From the NCBI GenBank assembly GCA_020891255.1, contig BQFW01000006.1, positions 310,001-374,000 on the forward strand: a stretch of DNA of 64,000 nucleotides, read 5' to 3'. The notes under the pieces were generated by a model that was not told the DNA's origin, did no database searches, and saw only the letters and a program-made list of their open reading frames with translations. The position numbers and the translations under genes were made by a program. Of the stretch, positions 12,110-24,433 are shown piece after piece. How positions within the stretch are numbered: position 1 is the first letter of the stretch; every line of letters starts with the position of its first letter. Source of the stretch: Entomortierella parvispora E1425. Taxonomy: Eukaryota > Fungi > Mortierellomycota.

Positions 12110-12589
12110 TTCTTTGAAAACAGAAAAAGAAAAATGAAACGAGCCAGATCAGTCTTGAGTCTTGACGAATAAATGAGATAGCGCTGATTATCATCATTGT
12201 TCACCAGAAAACTTACTGTGCGAGGTTGAGGATCGGAGAAGTGGCTTTTTGAGGAGAAGTGAGTGATGAGTGATAATGTCAAATTCTCTTGCCCCTTTTA
12301 TAGCTAACGGAAACAGCCTCGCGTCCTATAAAAACACCTGCATGTCCATTGTAATTCAAAACATAGTGTATTCTTCAGTAGAAAAGACTTCACGGATGAA
12401 CGGCATAGTGTGAGTCGAGTCGGTAGAGTGGACATGGAAAGGTATCCTTGTTTGCTATGCTTGCTTTTTTTTTTTTTTTTTTTTTTTTTGCAACTGAACT
12501 TTCCAGAGCCACTGAAGTAAGTCAGACTCTTCTTAGATATTCAGTAATTGGTTGTATTCACAACTGTGAGCCGAAGGCACAACACCTAT

Positions 12590-12890
12590 CGATAGCCTGC
12601 TTCCTTTCTTGTATGCCCAAGAGAATCAGTTTTTTTGATTCTTTGAGTTGATTGACCTTCTTTCGTTTTTGTGTAACTGGATTCTGAACATGGGACTTAA
12701 CCCCGGGGAAAATAGATGAGCGTGTGTAATCGATACAGTGAGTCCACTCCTGCACGACAAGGCGCTTTGTGTGTGCCAGGACTCCCACAGTCAGGTGCAA
12801 ATCCCCAACTCTAAAGTCGGCTCAGCGCGAACATCGATGTTCCAGTAATCGGTTGACCCATCGCGCCGTGGTTACGCGCACTGTACTGTA
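12590..12890 (-). repeat. Dispersed decayed coding remnant, copy B
   Basis: Shares blocks with 7470-7590 and 13840-13940, with an inverted piece at about 13440-13505 (gtgga.tcactgtatcgatt.cac), and with 25455-25500 (ctttcttgt.tgcccaagagaatca.tttttgattct). Confidence 0.7.
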
Positions 12891-13839
12891 CATGTAGTCT
12901 CCTGAAAGAGTTCGCGCAACGTGTTTACTTGTCGCCTGCTTCTCCGATATATCTCACCAAACGATGAAAGGCTAGTATCAATAGAAAACAGAGAAGACAA
13001 ACAAGAGAAGAGAAAAACACATGGATGGATGGAAATTGAGGACAGCGGATAGCGGTAACGGTTAAGCCGGAAGGGTCTGTCAGTTTGTTGGGCCACTGCA
13101 TACCCCTCTACAGGTCAAAACATACAAAAAAGCTCACAACTTTTAGTTATTTTTGCTCACAGACAGTGCAGTGCACAGCATATTTCTCACGCGCAGGAAG
13201 AGAGTGGTATCGCGCCAGAGAACTATCCCTCAGTGGGCGACTCGTATTTTCGGGTGATTAGAGCATTGCAAAAGTTGTCCGGCTCGACCGTTTCTTTAGA
13301 GGATCACCATTCAATCACTTCCGAACTTCAATCATTCGCTACTCTGTTTTACGATTTGTTTTTTTTCTTGCTTTCCCAGAATTGGTGTTTGTCCTACCCT
13401 CCACTGTAGGAAGTGAAATCCCTCACTCCACCTGGGACATTCTGGCACAACAGCCGAAGCGGGGTGGATTCACTGTATCGATTGCACAAGCTCGTCAATT
13501 TTTCCACAAGTTAATTCTCAGGCTCAGAATCCGCGCCTGAAAGTCGCGATATCCTCTCTAACCAGCAAGTGTGTTCAGAAGGTTTATTCCTAGCTGAGAG
13601 AATACTTATTGGAAGCTGTTTTCTTGTTGCCCATTCCTCAGCACAAGGTGGCACACGTAGTTCAACTTCACAAAACGAAGTCTCACGTTCAGGTCTATTC
13701 GCCGAAGAGAGGTTGAGTCTGACTATAAAGGCGTTGCTGGACCGGTCTACGAAAAGGCATTCCCGTGGGCGCAAGGCGCGTCAAATTGTTGCTGCAGATG
13801 GACACCTGCTGTGCTGCAGATGTACTGCACATGTACAAA

Positions 13840-14010
13840 AGCGGCAATTTGTGTGTGTCAGGACTGACACCGGCTCAGGGCGAAACATCGATGGTCCGGT
13901 GATTGGCTTCCCATCGTGCCGTGGCAAGATGTGAGCGCGATCTCGTGTCAATTCCACAACAGTGAAGGTTATCGAGCACATCTTGCAAGGCTCATTGAAA
14001 CTTTGACTCT
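13840..14010 (-). repeat. Dispersed decayed coding remnant, copy C (best preserved)
   Basis: Translates as FNEPCKMCSITF...RAHILPRHDGKPITG. tcgagcaca.ctt.caaggctcattgaa is shared with 7620-7650. Confidence 0.7.
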
Positions 14011-14378
14011 TGACGTCCCGCATACAGTACAAACTGTTGTCTTGTGACACCCGAGAGGAGATACACCAATCGGCTTGGTGTTCCGAAAGGCTCCATGAGA
14101 TAACGTGGGTTGAGGCATTTCAGAGATTGGCTGCTGCTCATCCTGTGAGCCATTGGGGTCAAATTACCATATTGCCGTCAGCATTGTAGATGCCATGATA
14201 TATAAGAGAGTCCGTTTCTTCAGCCAACGATTTTTCAACTGAGAACACCCATCGAACCATTCTACTTTTTTTGTTTCACTGGAACGAGATGTAGGTCTTA
14301 TATCTTGGCAGTAGGAAAGGCTGCTGCTGTACTCATTGACTAACCGTTTCCTTCAAGTTAGAGAACTCATTTTTCGCT

Positions 14379-14639
14379 ATGCCTGCTGATGTTCCTGACC
14401 AAGGCTCTATGCCCAGCCGTTGCTATGGCATTTCTTTTGGGCATGACAACTGTTTTGGGGTGTCTATCAAAGACAAGCCCGCCATGAGCCCCTCTGACAA
14501 TTCTGACGCTCAAGAGAAGAATGTCGTGTATGACTACAGCAAACGCAACCTCCAAGGATACAAGCTTGGACCATTCTCTATTGGAATCACAACGTTCTCT
14601 GAAAGAGAATGCCCTCCTTCCACCCCCTCCAAAGAGTAG
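14379..14639 (+). CDS. Possible small hypothetical protein (86 aa)
   Basis: TATATAA near 14200, an intron-like gtagg...ctaac...aag segment upstream, clean ATG and stop. No recognisable family. Confidence 0.3.
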   Translation: MPADVPDQGSMPSRCYGISFGHDNCFGVSIKDKPAMSPSDNSDAQEKNVVYDYSKRNLQGYKLGPFSIGITTFSERECPPSTPSKE

Positions 14640-15170
14640 AGCAGCCACAAGCTTTGGTTTGTCTGAAAAAAAAAAAAAAAAAAAAAAAAAAAGAAAGCAT
14701 TCGCCTCTGCGCCACGGCATTCGAGCTGATGCTGCACGACAACATGAACGCCTTCGACGCGTAAACCAATTCTTTCTACTTTTTGTTCTTTGAAAAGAGA
14801 TGCAGGAACCGGGAGCCACCTTGGGGGTCGTTCTGGGTCTGGCAGACTCGGGGCGTAAATTGGTGCTCCCCTGACAAATAAAAAAAAATCAAAACAGCAG
14901 TCAGGCTCTGTCATACATACGCTTCGCTGCGAGGCTCTCGAAGGCTCGTGGTGGCATGCAGAGGGTGTGGAGGGACTTACTGGTGGTCATAGTTCAGTAT
15001 GGGTGGTGGGTGGGAATTGCCTCCATGGCGCTTTTTAAGTCTGCTGCAGCATGGCGAAGCTGAGAGCATGGCGAAGCTGAGAGTGATCGTTTTTTCGCGC
15101 CTTGAATGAGCGTGACTTAATCTTTTGGACGCAACGTTTCTTCTTCCACTTCACACCATTTTTTTCGTTT

Positions 15171-15665
15171 ATGTCGACTCCAATCAAGAGGTTCACCAAG
15201 TTTTTCCAGCCACGCTGGCTAGAATCCAGTCGGGCACCAAAGTCAACCTACGGGATAAGCTTGTCAAGAAGAAAGGCCCGTTTGATATTCTTACAAAAAA
15301 CAGCACTGTTGAGCCTATTCCTCCCACACAAAAACAGTGGACGCACCCAAACGGTTGCTCTCTTCGATCCCCGTACAGCACGGCTTTTCATGATGTAGCT
15401 GACAGTTTCGGCGATACGGACGTCGACATTTTCATTATTGAGGAGGGTACTTCGATCCCAGCTGACCTTGTCTTGTTGTACGAGAGAGGGGACCACTTTT
15501 CGTTCCAGTGTTCAAGGTCCATGCCCCTGACTGACCTCAACACCAAACTCACCGATTTTTTTGGCGCGGAACGCCACCCACATGAGCAAGGACGCTTATG
15601 AGGATGCGTTTCCCGCTGGCAAAGACAATGATCGCCTGGATGTCAAGTCTCTAAAGGAAAACTAA
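15171..15665 (+). pseudogene. Tse2-like ADP-ribosyltransferase-fold toxin homolog, copy 1 (two homopolymer frameshifts)
   Basis: PATLARIQ, HPNGCSLRSP, FIIEEGTSIPADLVLLYERGDHFSFQ, MPLTDLNTKLT resemble the fungal members of the Tse2 ADPRT family as I recall them. There is a -1 shift near 15205 and a +1 shift (T7) near 15560 relative to copy 2. Confidence 0.65.
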
Positions 15666-15916
15666 ACTGTGCCCAGCAATGTTTGCAGGGGCCCTTCTGG
15701 GAAATCCGACTGGCCTCTTTCTAGAACTCTTTTATTATATAAAAGTGGTAGTGTGGCCCCTGAGCCACACGCGAACAAGCTTGCTTGTAGACTGCTGTGT
15801 CGTATCAAAACTTCCGCTTTTTGGTCCTGCCCTTCTGATCCCTCTCTAATTGGTTGCCCCTCTTGAGTCGACTAGAAGTACACTATGGTCTCCGGTGCAC
15901 GAGTGTTTTTGAAAGG

Positions 15917-16870
15917 CTACACGCGCACCATTTTGCTTGCAGACTGCTCAGCTGCGCTGAACTTCTGTTTTTTGGTCCTGAGCTCGCGTGCTGGGATTTC
16001 CGAGTGCATCTTCCTCATGAGCCACACAACCTGTCCCAGCACAGACTCAGCTTCAGCTCTCCAGGTGTCCTTGTTGTAGTTGACGATATCCTTCAGTCTC
16101 GAAATCCTGAACCTTGGGCGCTCCCCTGAGTCTTGCGATGGGTCGATGGTGCACTCCACAAAAAGCCAGTACGAGGCGTCAGTGACAATCCCATACGCCC
16201 TCAGGGGCCCCGAGTTGTCCTCTTCTTGCCCTCCATCTTTATAATCATCATCGTCGTCGTCGGTGCTGTGCTTGCGCTTCCTCACAGTCAGTGATGACTC
16301 CAGCTGCACGAAGTTCTGCGCCAGTCCCTTTTTATAGTTCTCGTGCTTCACCTCTGTGACGCCCAGGACGTGTCTCGTGCCATCTTTAGCAAGCGCCTCG
16401 ATCGCGTAATCCACCTTTCTGTGGCCATTCTTGCCTCGCAGCGGCCTCTCTGGAGCAAGTGTCAGCTCGCCATTAAAAATTAAAACAGCCTGTGTGAGGA
16501 ACGAGCAGATATAGGCAGAGCATGTGGCCTCGTTGGAAATGGTGTCTGTTGGTATCGCTCGGATCCTGGAATCGAGCTCATCAAGCAGTCGTCGCAGAGA
16601 CTCTTTGTGCAAGTCTGAATCGAGAGCCTCAGTGGAGATGCCCTTGAAGGGCGGCAGGTCAGAAATGTTGGGAGGGTTCATGTTAAAAATATCGTAGAGG
16701 GTGTTGACCTCCTTGAGCGTGAAGTCGGTATACTTCTTTGTCGGTGTCTCCAGCACCACTGTTATTGTCCTGGTGCTTGTTCTTTGGTACTGTTGTAGGA
16801 TATCGCGAAAATGTGCCTGTGTCCACTGTCTAGAAAGATTCAGGCCGGTCCAGCAAGTTTGGACTGCCAT
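15917..16870 (-). CDS. Crinkler-type C-terminal PD-(D/E)xK restriction-endonuclease-fold protein; no N-terminal header domain found
   Basis: SNEATCSAYICSFL, GHRKVDYAI, LGVTEVKHENYKKGLAQNFVQLES, YGIVTDASYWLFVEC. This is the motif order of Mucoromycota CRN REase domains. Confidence 0.8.
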   Translation of the reverse strand: MAVQTCWTGLNLSRQWTQAHFRDILQQYQRTSTRTITVVLETPTKKYTDFTLKEVNTLYDIFNMNPPNISDLPPFKGISTEALDSDLHKESLRRLLDELDSRIRAIPTDTISNEATCSAYICSFLTQAVLIFNGELTLAPERPLRGKNGHRKVDYAIEALAKDGTRHVLGVTEVKHENYKKGLAQNFVQLESSLTVRKRKHSTDDDDDDYKDGGQEEDNSGPLRAYGIVTDASYWLFVECTIDPSQDSGERPRFRISRLKDIVNYNKDTWRAEAESVLGQVVWLMRKMHSEIPARELRTKKQKFSAAEQSASKMVRV

Positions 16871-17439
16871 CCAGACCCCTTGTCTTTTAGGAAAGGCTAA
16901 TAGACCTGTATAATTGCAATTTTTATGTATAAAGGGTATGAAGGCACTTGTGGCTCGCCCGCACAGGCACTCGACTCGACTGCGCCACTCAGCCCAAACC
17001 TTGTTTCATGACTTGGGTTTTTGTTGCATGCATGCAATCATGCCTCCATTACTCTCTTCATTCTTGGAGTTTCTTCTTTTTCACAAGTTTATTTGTGTGC
17101 CCCCTTGTTGTCGCCCTTCACAGAGATTATTGATTGAACTAAAAAACATCATGGCGAAGCAGCGGCGTGGGTTGTGTCGCACAACATCTCTTTTGTTTGC
17201 TCGACTTTCAACCGGGCGCATGGGGAAACAAAAGTCAGAGCCTCAAAGTTGCCATTCTTGTTTCCCTTTTCCCTTCAACGCCCGCCCTTGTTCACTATAC
17301 CTTCCTCCCTCAGTTTTAGTAAACCATATCCGTCTCCTCTTTCTCTCTACTCTGCTTCTGAAAATATAGCGATCCGCAAGGTACAATCTCTCCAGGAGCA
17401 TGTTGTAAAGCATCTGAGGCTCCGGACAGTGCCTAATAG

Positions 17440-20400
17440 ATGGCTCTTGTTATCCTTTGGAATAGGTTCAACATGCCTCTTTCCGCTGAAAATGCTTTGG
17501 AAAAGGCCAGGATCGAAATCGAATCAGCTCGAAAGGCTCGTGGTTCAAAACGAACCATCAAAAAACACTACAGAGCTGTCAAGAAAATCCTCAGTGATGT
17601 TGATTCTACTACAGCGGATACTGCATCTTTGAAGGGAATGATTACCTCATACCAGGACCTTGCCGCCATACTAAGTCAGTCGGGAGACCAGGGAAGGGCG
17701 ACCAAGTGTGAACTGAGAGGGGGCGTTCTGAAGTAAGTTCATCCTCCTATTCATCATACCTGAGTTGCCTGCGGAACTTCTAACTGCTCAACGTTACCTT
17801 CAGGCAAGAGTTTGACAAGAGAATGAGGACCAATGCAGCTACCATCTCTGCGTCGTTAGTGGGGCCCGGATTCTCTTCGGCAATGCAGGCAGGAGTCGTT
17901 CAATTGAACTCTTCAGAAGTCAGATCTTCGTTGTCAAGAACCATCACTCCCACCGCAACCACTATCAGCACTTCCCCCGTGCCTCAACTGCCAGCCCTAC
18001 CTATCCCACAGACTATAATCTCTGTCTCGGTAGCCCACGCTATCGCGTCATCTCCGCCACTCTTTAGCAAGGATGTGCGCCCCAAGCCCTACATCTGCCC
18101 CCTGCCTGGTCCAGGCGAGCCACTACAATCTACCCATCAACTTGCCTACTGCCTCGCGCTGCTACAGCCCTCAGTTCAAGAGAATGATATCCCTCCAAAT
18201 GCTCTCCAATGGCGACGCTGCACATTGGAAAACGCGGATGAGAAGTACCGCTTAGAGAGCTTGGCTGTAGAAACCATCAATGCATTTGCCAAGGATGCTA
18301 TGAAAGATGCCGCTACAGTTGCAGAAGTTGTTCGGTTGGCCCCTGTGCTCAATAGTGATCACTCTCGGTTTCTTCTCAAGATATTCATCGACACCGTTAA
18401 TCAATCCGAGATTCTGCAACTGCACTCACTGGAAGGACTGGCTAAGGTCATTCAAGGAGCAGCCCCAGGATCTATCGACTCTGGCGATCTTGTCAACATC
18501 CTTCGGTCTCTTCACAGGCGACTCGGATCTACCCATTCAGAAAGTCATCATAACCAATACTTGATGGCTGCAGTTTCGCGAGTTTTGGATGCCATGGCAG
18601 ATGCTCATGTCAGAGATGTCGATCGCATCAACCTCCATGAACCCCTGACGGACCTTCTTCGAGAATCAGAGTCAAGTGAGAATCCGTATCTGACCTTTCA
18701 AGCTGCGTATGCCACCCAGGCGCTCTTGAATGTGTCTGATGATGACAACATTTGGCGAGCAGGATTCAGGCGGGGATGCCTAGTACTGAAAGGCGGTGCA
18801 GGATTCGCCAAGATGCCTGACCTGACAGAGATAGCAGACGCTCTCGAAGGTTTGGAGAAACTCTACCAAGTCGGCAAAGGAGGTGCCAGGGTATTCAAGA
18901 CTATATGGGAAGCGATCAAGTACCGTGAAAGCCCCACATTCACAGTGGAAGAAGGTCTGAAGTTCAGGAGAGCCTGGTATCGCGCCATCCGTACCGCAGA
19001 AGTGTAGATTCGGGCGGGCCAACTTGTAAAGTTTAAGGACCTGGTGACGACCGTACAATGCCGACACCAGCCCATGTTCCAGTGGGGAATTTGTGAGCTG
19101 CTTGGACAATTCGCGGCCGAAACTCAATGGGATGAAGAGGCGCGGCGAGAAGCAATCACCTTCATTACAGCTATCTACAAGGACGAGGAGGGGCGCAAAG
19201 GACAAAGGAAGATTGGTCAGGTCGTTTTCGACGTGCTCACTAACTGGACCTCCAACAATGGCACGTGTGTTGAAGGTATGTCAACTTCGTGGTCTATTCA
19301 TTTATTCATGCTGCCGATCGGAGTACCTGACTCTGACTCCCTTTTTTTTTTACTCAAGTGATTTCAGTTGCCAAGCCCTTGCTGGAAAAGATGGCGAAAC
19401 GGGATACAACGCTTAAGCTACTCGCCGACCTACAATCGCCACCTTGGATGAACACTCAGTCCGAAGAGTTGACTGGGAGTAGCACCACGAAAGTTACACT
19501 GCTGAAGACTGTTCAGGATCGAACTAGTCGACATGCAAAGCTCAAAAATCTACCCGATCTTCCCCCGCAGCCCAACCTCGATGACATTCAGTGTGCACTC
19601 AAGACATACCACGCACCAGATCTCTTTATCATGAGAGTTTCAGGAAAGAGACTGGATTTGGAGACCTGTTTCGTCAATCTCGCAATTGTAGAGGCGCCAG
19701 ACAATCGGGAGATGGAGAAACAAGATCTCCAGGAGCAAGCTGCTATCTTTCATAGGATTCCGAGTTTCGAAAGCGTGAACGCGAATACTCAATCGTTGAT
19801 CCCACTGGAACAACTTTTCGACAAACGCAACCTACAGGATGGAGAGGAGGCAATTCCTAAGCGAATCTTGGTGCAGGGTCGAGCAGGCATCGGCAAAACA
19901 ACGCTCTGTAAGAAACTAGTCCATGCGCATCAGAGTGGACTATGGAGGGATCTATTCGATACCGTAGTGTGGATCCCATTGCGTCAACTCAGAGGATTCA
20001 AGAGCAGCACCCTGGAATCTTTATTTCGCGAAAGAGTTTTCCACGCTCAGAATCGCGACCGAGAACAGGAGGCATTGGCCTGTGCTCTTATGACTTGCGC
20101 TGAAAAGGGTAGAGTTCTTTTCATCTTGGACGGTCTGGACGAGGTTGTAACCGATGCAGAGGGCGATGAAAGTAGAACCTTCAGATCGTTCTTGAAGGTC
20201 CTGCTTTCTCAGCAACATGTCGTTATCACCTCCAGGCCCTCTGGTGTGGACAGCGGGCTATTACCGCCAATTGATCTGGAGCTTGAAACCATTGGATTCA
20301 GTCAACAGAATGTCAACGACTTTTTGGTCAAGGTGCTTGAGCCAGAAGCCGTGAAAACGGTCCAGGACTTCATTCAGCGGACGCCATTGATCCGAGGACT

Positions 20401-23400
20401 CGTCAATATCCCAGTGCAGCTTGATGTGATCTGCTTCAGTTGGGACTCGCTTCCAAAAGATGGCCCGCCGATCACCATGACAGGACTATATCAGCTGATG
20501 GTCTGGAAACTGTGGTGCAAGGATGCTCTCCGTCTAAAAAAGATTGCTGGTGTTATGACAGAGCGACAGATCGGCAGATCCAAAGCCAAGGAGATCAACG
20601 ACCTAATGGCTACCGAACTGCAACATCTCGGATATCTCGCGTTCAAAGGGTTGAGCAACAATCATCAAATCGAATTCGATGAAGACGCCCTTGTTAGTGC
20701 GTTTGGCGATCTTGAGTACCGTACAGCAGACAACCGCCGACTTTTATCTCCTCAGGTCGTTGAAGTTATGAAGCAAACATCATTTTTGCATACGGCCGAT
20801 GTCGGCCTGGACTCTATCGACGCCGATTCTCCACAGGCCTGGCATTTTCTGCATCTGACGTTTCAGGAATATTTTGCAGCAACATGGATCGTCCGCCATT
20901 TTCACCGTCAACCACAGTGTAGCACATCTGGCATGATGACCACAAGGAAGATGACGGAGTTCATTCACCAACACAAGTACAACCCTCAGTATGAGATTGT
21001 GTGGACAATGGTAGCAGGATTGCTCGATGGAGAGCCGTTGAACTATTTCTTCGATCTTTTGCAGCGAACCCCGCGCGATTTGATTGGGGGACGCCATCAG
21101 CAGGTGCTCGCGACCTGCTTGGAGGAGGCCCGTGATCGATTGGACTCAGCGGTCGCGTCAGATTTGGATTCGGAACTGGCCAACTGGCTACACTTTGAGA
21201 TGAAACTGCGTCAACACAAAGATAACAGCAGGAGCATGCTAGGCAGTCGATTGTCATTCCCGGAGGACTCTTTATTTGCGACATTGAGTTCAGTAAGCCA
21301 ATGGAAAACTACACTCATACATACTCTGAGGGCGCGACGCGTACTATCAGATTCAGCCTTCCAGTTCCTCCTAAGTGCTCTCAAGGATGAAGTCAAGGAA
21401 GTCAGGTCTTCAGCAGCATCAGCGTTGAGTAGCCAGTCCGCGTTACCAGAATCAGTCATCCAGTGTCTCATTGATACAATGAATGATAAAGCAAAGGATA
21501 TCAGGTCCTCAGCGGCTACAGTCTTGAGTAAACAGTCTGCTTTGCCGGAATCAGCCATTCAGTCCCTCATTTCTGCACTCAGTGGTAATGTCAAAGACGT
21601 CGTGTTGGCATCAAAATCAATATTGGCCAAGCAGTCTGTGTTACCGGAGTCGGTCATCCATTCTCTCACCGCTGCACTCAAAGATAAAGATGGCGGTGTC
21701 AGGTTTACAGCCCTATCGGTATTGGATAACCGCTCGACACTACCCGAATCAATCATCTTGCCCATCATCGCTGCACTCAAGGATGATCATTGGAAAGTTA
21801 GGTCGTCAGCAGCGTCGGTATTAGGCAACCAGCCTGTGTTGTCGGAGTCAGCCATCCTTTCCCTCATTGCTACTCTGAAGGATGACAATCGGAAAGTCAA
21901 GACTGCTGCAGCGTCGGCATTGAGCAACCATTCGACATTTCCAGAGTCAGCCATTGAACCCCTTATTACGACGCTCAGGAATGAGGACAGTAATGTCAGG
22001 TCAACAGTAGGATCGATATTGGGCAAACAAATCGTGTTGTCTGAGTCAGCCTTCCAGTCTCTCATTGCTTTACTCACGGACGCCAATAGCGACATCAGGA
22101 CTCTAGTAGGATCGATATTGGACAGGAGATCTGATTTATCGGAATCAGCGTTTCAATCCCTCACAGCTATCCTAAAGGATGGAACAAAAAATGCCAGGAT
22201 TTCAGCTGCAATGGTATTGCGCAACCAGTCTGGGCTGTCAGGACCAGTTATCCTTTCTCTCATTGCAGCACTTAAGGATGAAGAGAGGAGGGTCGGCGGC
22301 AATGCTGTATCGGCCTTGAAAAAGCAGTCGAAGTTTCCGGAATATGTCATTGAGCCACTCATTGTTGCAATTAAGAATGACGATTCTTACATCAGGGGCG
22401 AAGTATTGTCGGTATTAAACAACTTGCCTGCATTCTCAGAATCAGCCCTCCTTTTCGCCACTGCAGCACTCAAAGGCGAACATGGCTATCCCAGGTCTTT
22501 CTCTTCACTCCGATCGATCCTAGGCAAACAGCCGGCGTTACCAAAGTCAGTCATCCAGTCCCTTGCGGCTATAGTAAAGAGCGGAGAAAGCTACGAAAAA
22601 TCCCTAGCAGCAGGGATTCTTTGCGAGCAATCTAAGCTCCCAGAGTCCACCATCCAGCCACTCATTGCTCTACTTAGGAGCGAGGAGCGTTATATCAGGG
22701 ATGAAGTTGCATCGGCCTTGGGTAATCACCCTGCGCTTCCGGAATCACTCATTCAGTCCCTCACTTCTCTACTCAATGATGACAACGAGTTTGTCGGATC
22801 TTCGGCCGCAGTGTCATTGGGCAAGCAATCTACGTTATCGGAGCCGGCCCTCCATGCCCTCATTACTTCACTCAGACTCCGCCACTGGAGAGTCAGGTCC
22901 TCAGCTGCATGGGCTCTGGGCGAGCAGTCCGCGCTACCGGAATCGGCCGTCCCGTTCCTTGTTGCTGTACTTAAGGATGACAATGGCAGTGTCAGGTCAG
23001 CAGCTGCGCGTGCATTGAGCAAGCAGACAATTTCTCACGCCTCAGCCATCCGACCCTTCGTTGGTGCACTCAGGGATGATGATTTAAATGTCCTCAATTT
23101 TGTTGAAAAGGAATTTATCAAACGACCTGCAGTCATCGTTGCTGCACTCAAGGACGAAGATAAATCTCTCAGGTTTTCAGCTGCATTGGCGTTGAGAAAT
23201 CAATCCGAGCTGCCAGAATCAGTCATCCATTCCCTACTTGCTGCACTCAAGGATGAGTACCACGGTGTCAGGATGTCAGCAGCAGAAGCACTAGGCAGGC
23301 AGTCAAAGTTGCCAGAGTCAGCCATTGAACCCCTCATCGCTGCACTCGGGGATGAAAACAAGTATGTCAGGTCCCCTGTTGCGATGGCATTAATCAAGCT

Positions 23401-24433
23401 ACCTGTTTTACCAGAGTCAGCTATCCCATCCGTTACCGCTGCCCTCAAGGACGAAGATAAAGATGCCAGGGAGTCCGTTGCTTCGGTATTAAGCAAACAA
23501 CCTGCGTTGCCAGAAGCAACCATCTGTGCCTTAATTGCTGCGCTCAAAGACGACCATTGGAGAGTCGGGAATTCCGCAGAATTGGCGTTGAGCAAGCAGT
23601 CCACATTGCCAGAATCGGCCATCCATTTACTCGTTGTTTTACTCAAGGATGAGGAGGACAAATTCAGGAAATCGGCGGCATCGGTGTTGAGCAAGCAATC
23701 AACATTTCCAAGGTCAGCCATTCAATTCTTCATTGCTGCGCTCAAGGAGGAGGGTAAAGCCCTCAGGTATCTAGCAGTATCGGTATTGGACAAGCAGCCA
23801 TCGTTGCACGAATCAGCCATCGAACCTCTTATTGCTTTATTCAAGGATGAAGATGAAGCTATCAGGTCTTCCGCCCGATCTGCACTAAGTAAGCAATCCG
23901 TGCTACCGGACTCTGCCCTCCAATCCCTCCTTGCTGCTCTCAGGGATGAGGATAAAAGTGTTAGGATTTCAGCAGTATCGGTATTGGACAAACATTCTAT
24001 ATTGCCAGTATCAGCTATTGAACCCCTCATTGCTGCTCTCAGGGATGGCATTGAAGCTGTCAGATCTTCTGCACGATCATCACTGAGAAGGCTACCTGCA
24101 TTGCCGGAATCCGCCTTCAAGTCTCTCATCGACGCACTCTGGGTGGAGGATAAAGGTGTGAGACGTGCCGTTTCGGGAGTTCTTCGAGATCACACCCGCT
24201 CCTTGTGCAATGCACTCCCACACTTGACAGGGAGTGAGATGGCTTGTCTTTATGACAACTATCTATTTCTCTATAGTTGCAGTCATGTCATGTCTTTACA
24301 GGTTCAGGACAACATGATGGTCTTTTACACAGAGCAGGGACAGTTGCGCTTGCAGCCCTTTAATAACGAAAAGGAGCAAAGTATCAAGGCGGCCATCAGG
24401 GCCGTTCAACACAAGGCAGGGTTAAAGTCTTAA
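17440..24433 (+). pseudogene. NLR-like ARM-like N-terminus / NACHT / HEAT-repeat gene, exons 17440-17732, 17804-19275, 19359-24433, with an in-frame TAG at 19005-19007
   Basis: Walker A GRAGIGKT, Walker B LFILDGLDE, VITSRP, FLHLTFQEYFAA, then 33-aa repeats. Introns are in phase. The sequence reads through TAG in frame (AEV*IRAGQLVKFKDLVTTVQCRHQPMFQWG). Confidence 0.88.
21344..24195 (+). repeat. About 29 tandem 33-aa (99-bp) HEAT/PBS-lyase-like repeats within the NLR
   Basis: Consensus LPESAIxxLIAALKDExxxVRxSAAxxLxKQSx, counted by hand in the 1691-aa ORF. Confidence 0.92.

Noticed and set aside
11632-12282. 216-aa minus-strand ORF overlapping the secreted protein
   Set aside because: Alternative frame running through poly-A tracts. 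The 96-aa signal-peptide ORF is the plausible gene.
19005-19007. A-to-I editing of TAG to TGG as a rescue of the NLR stop
   Set aside because: That mechanism is known from sexual stages of filamentous ascomycetes, and the expected residue here is Tyr rather than Trp. Kept only as a minor alternative.
21344-24195. TAL-effector-like DNA-binding repeats (33-aa period)
   Set aside because: No LTPxQVVAIAS/RVD consensus. The pattern (LxxxLxD....VR..AA..L) is HEAT/PBS-lyase type.
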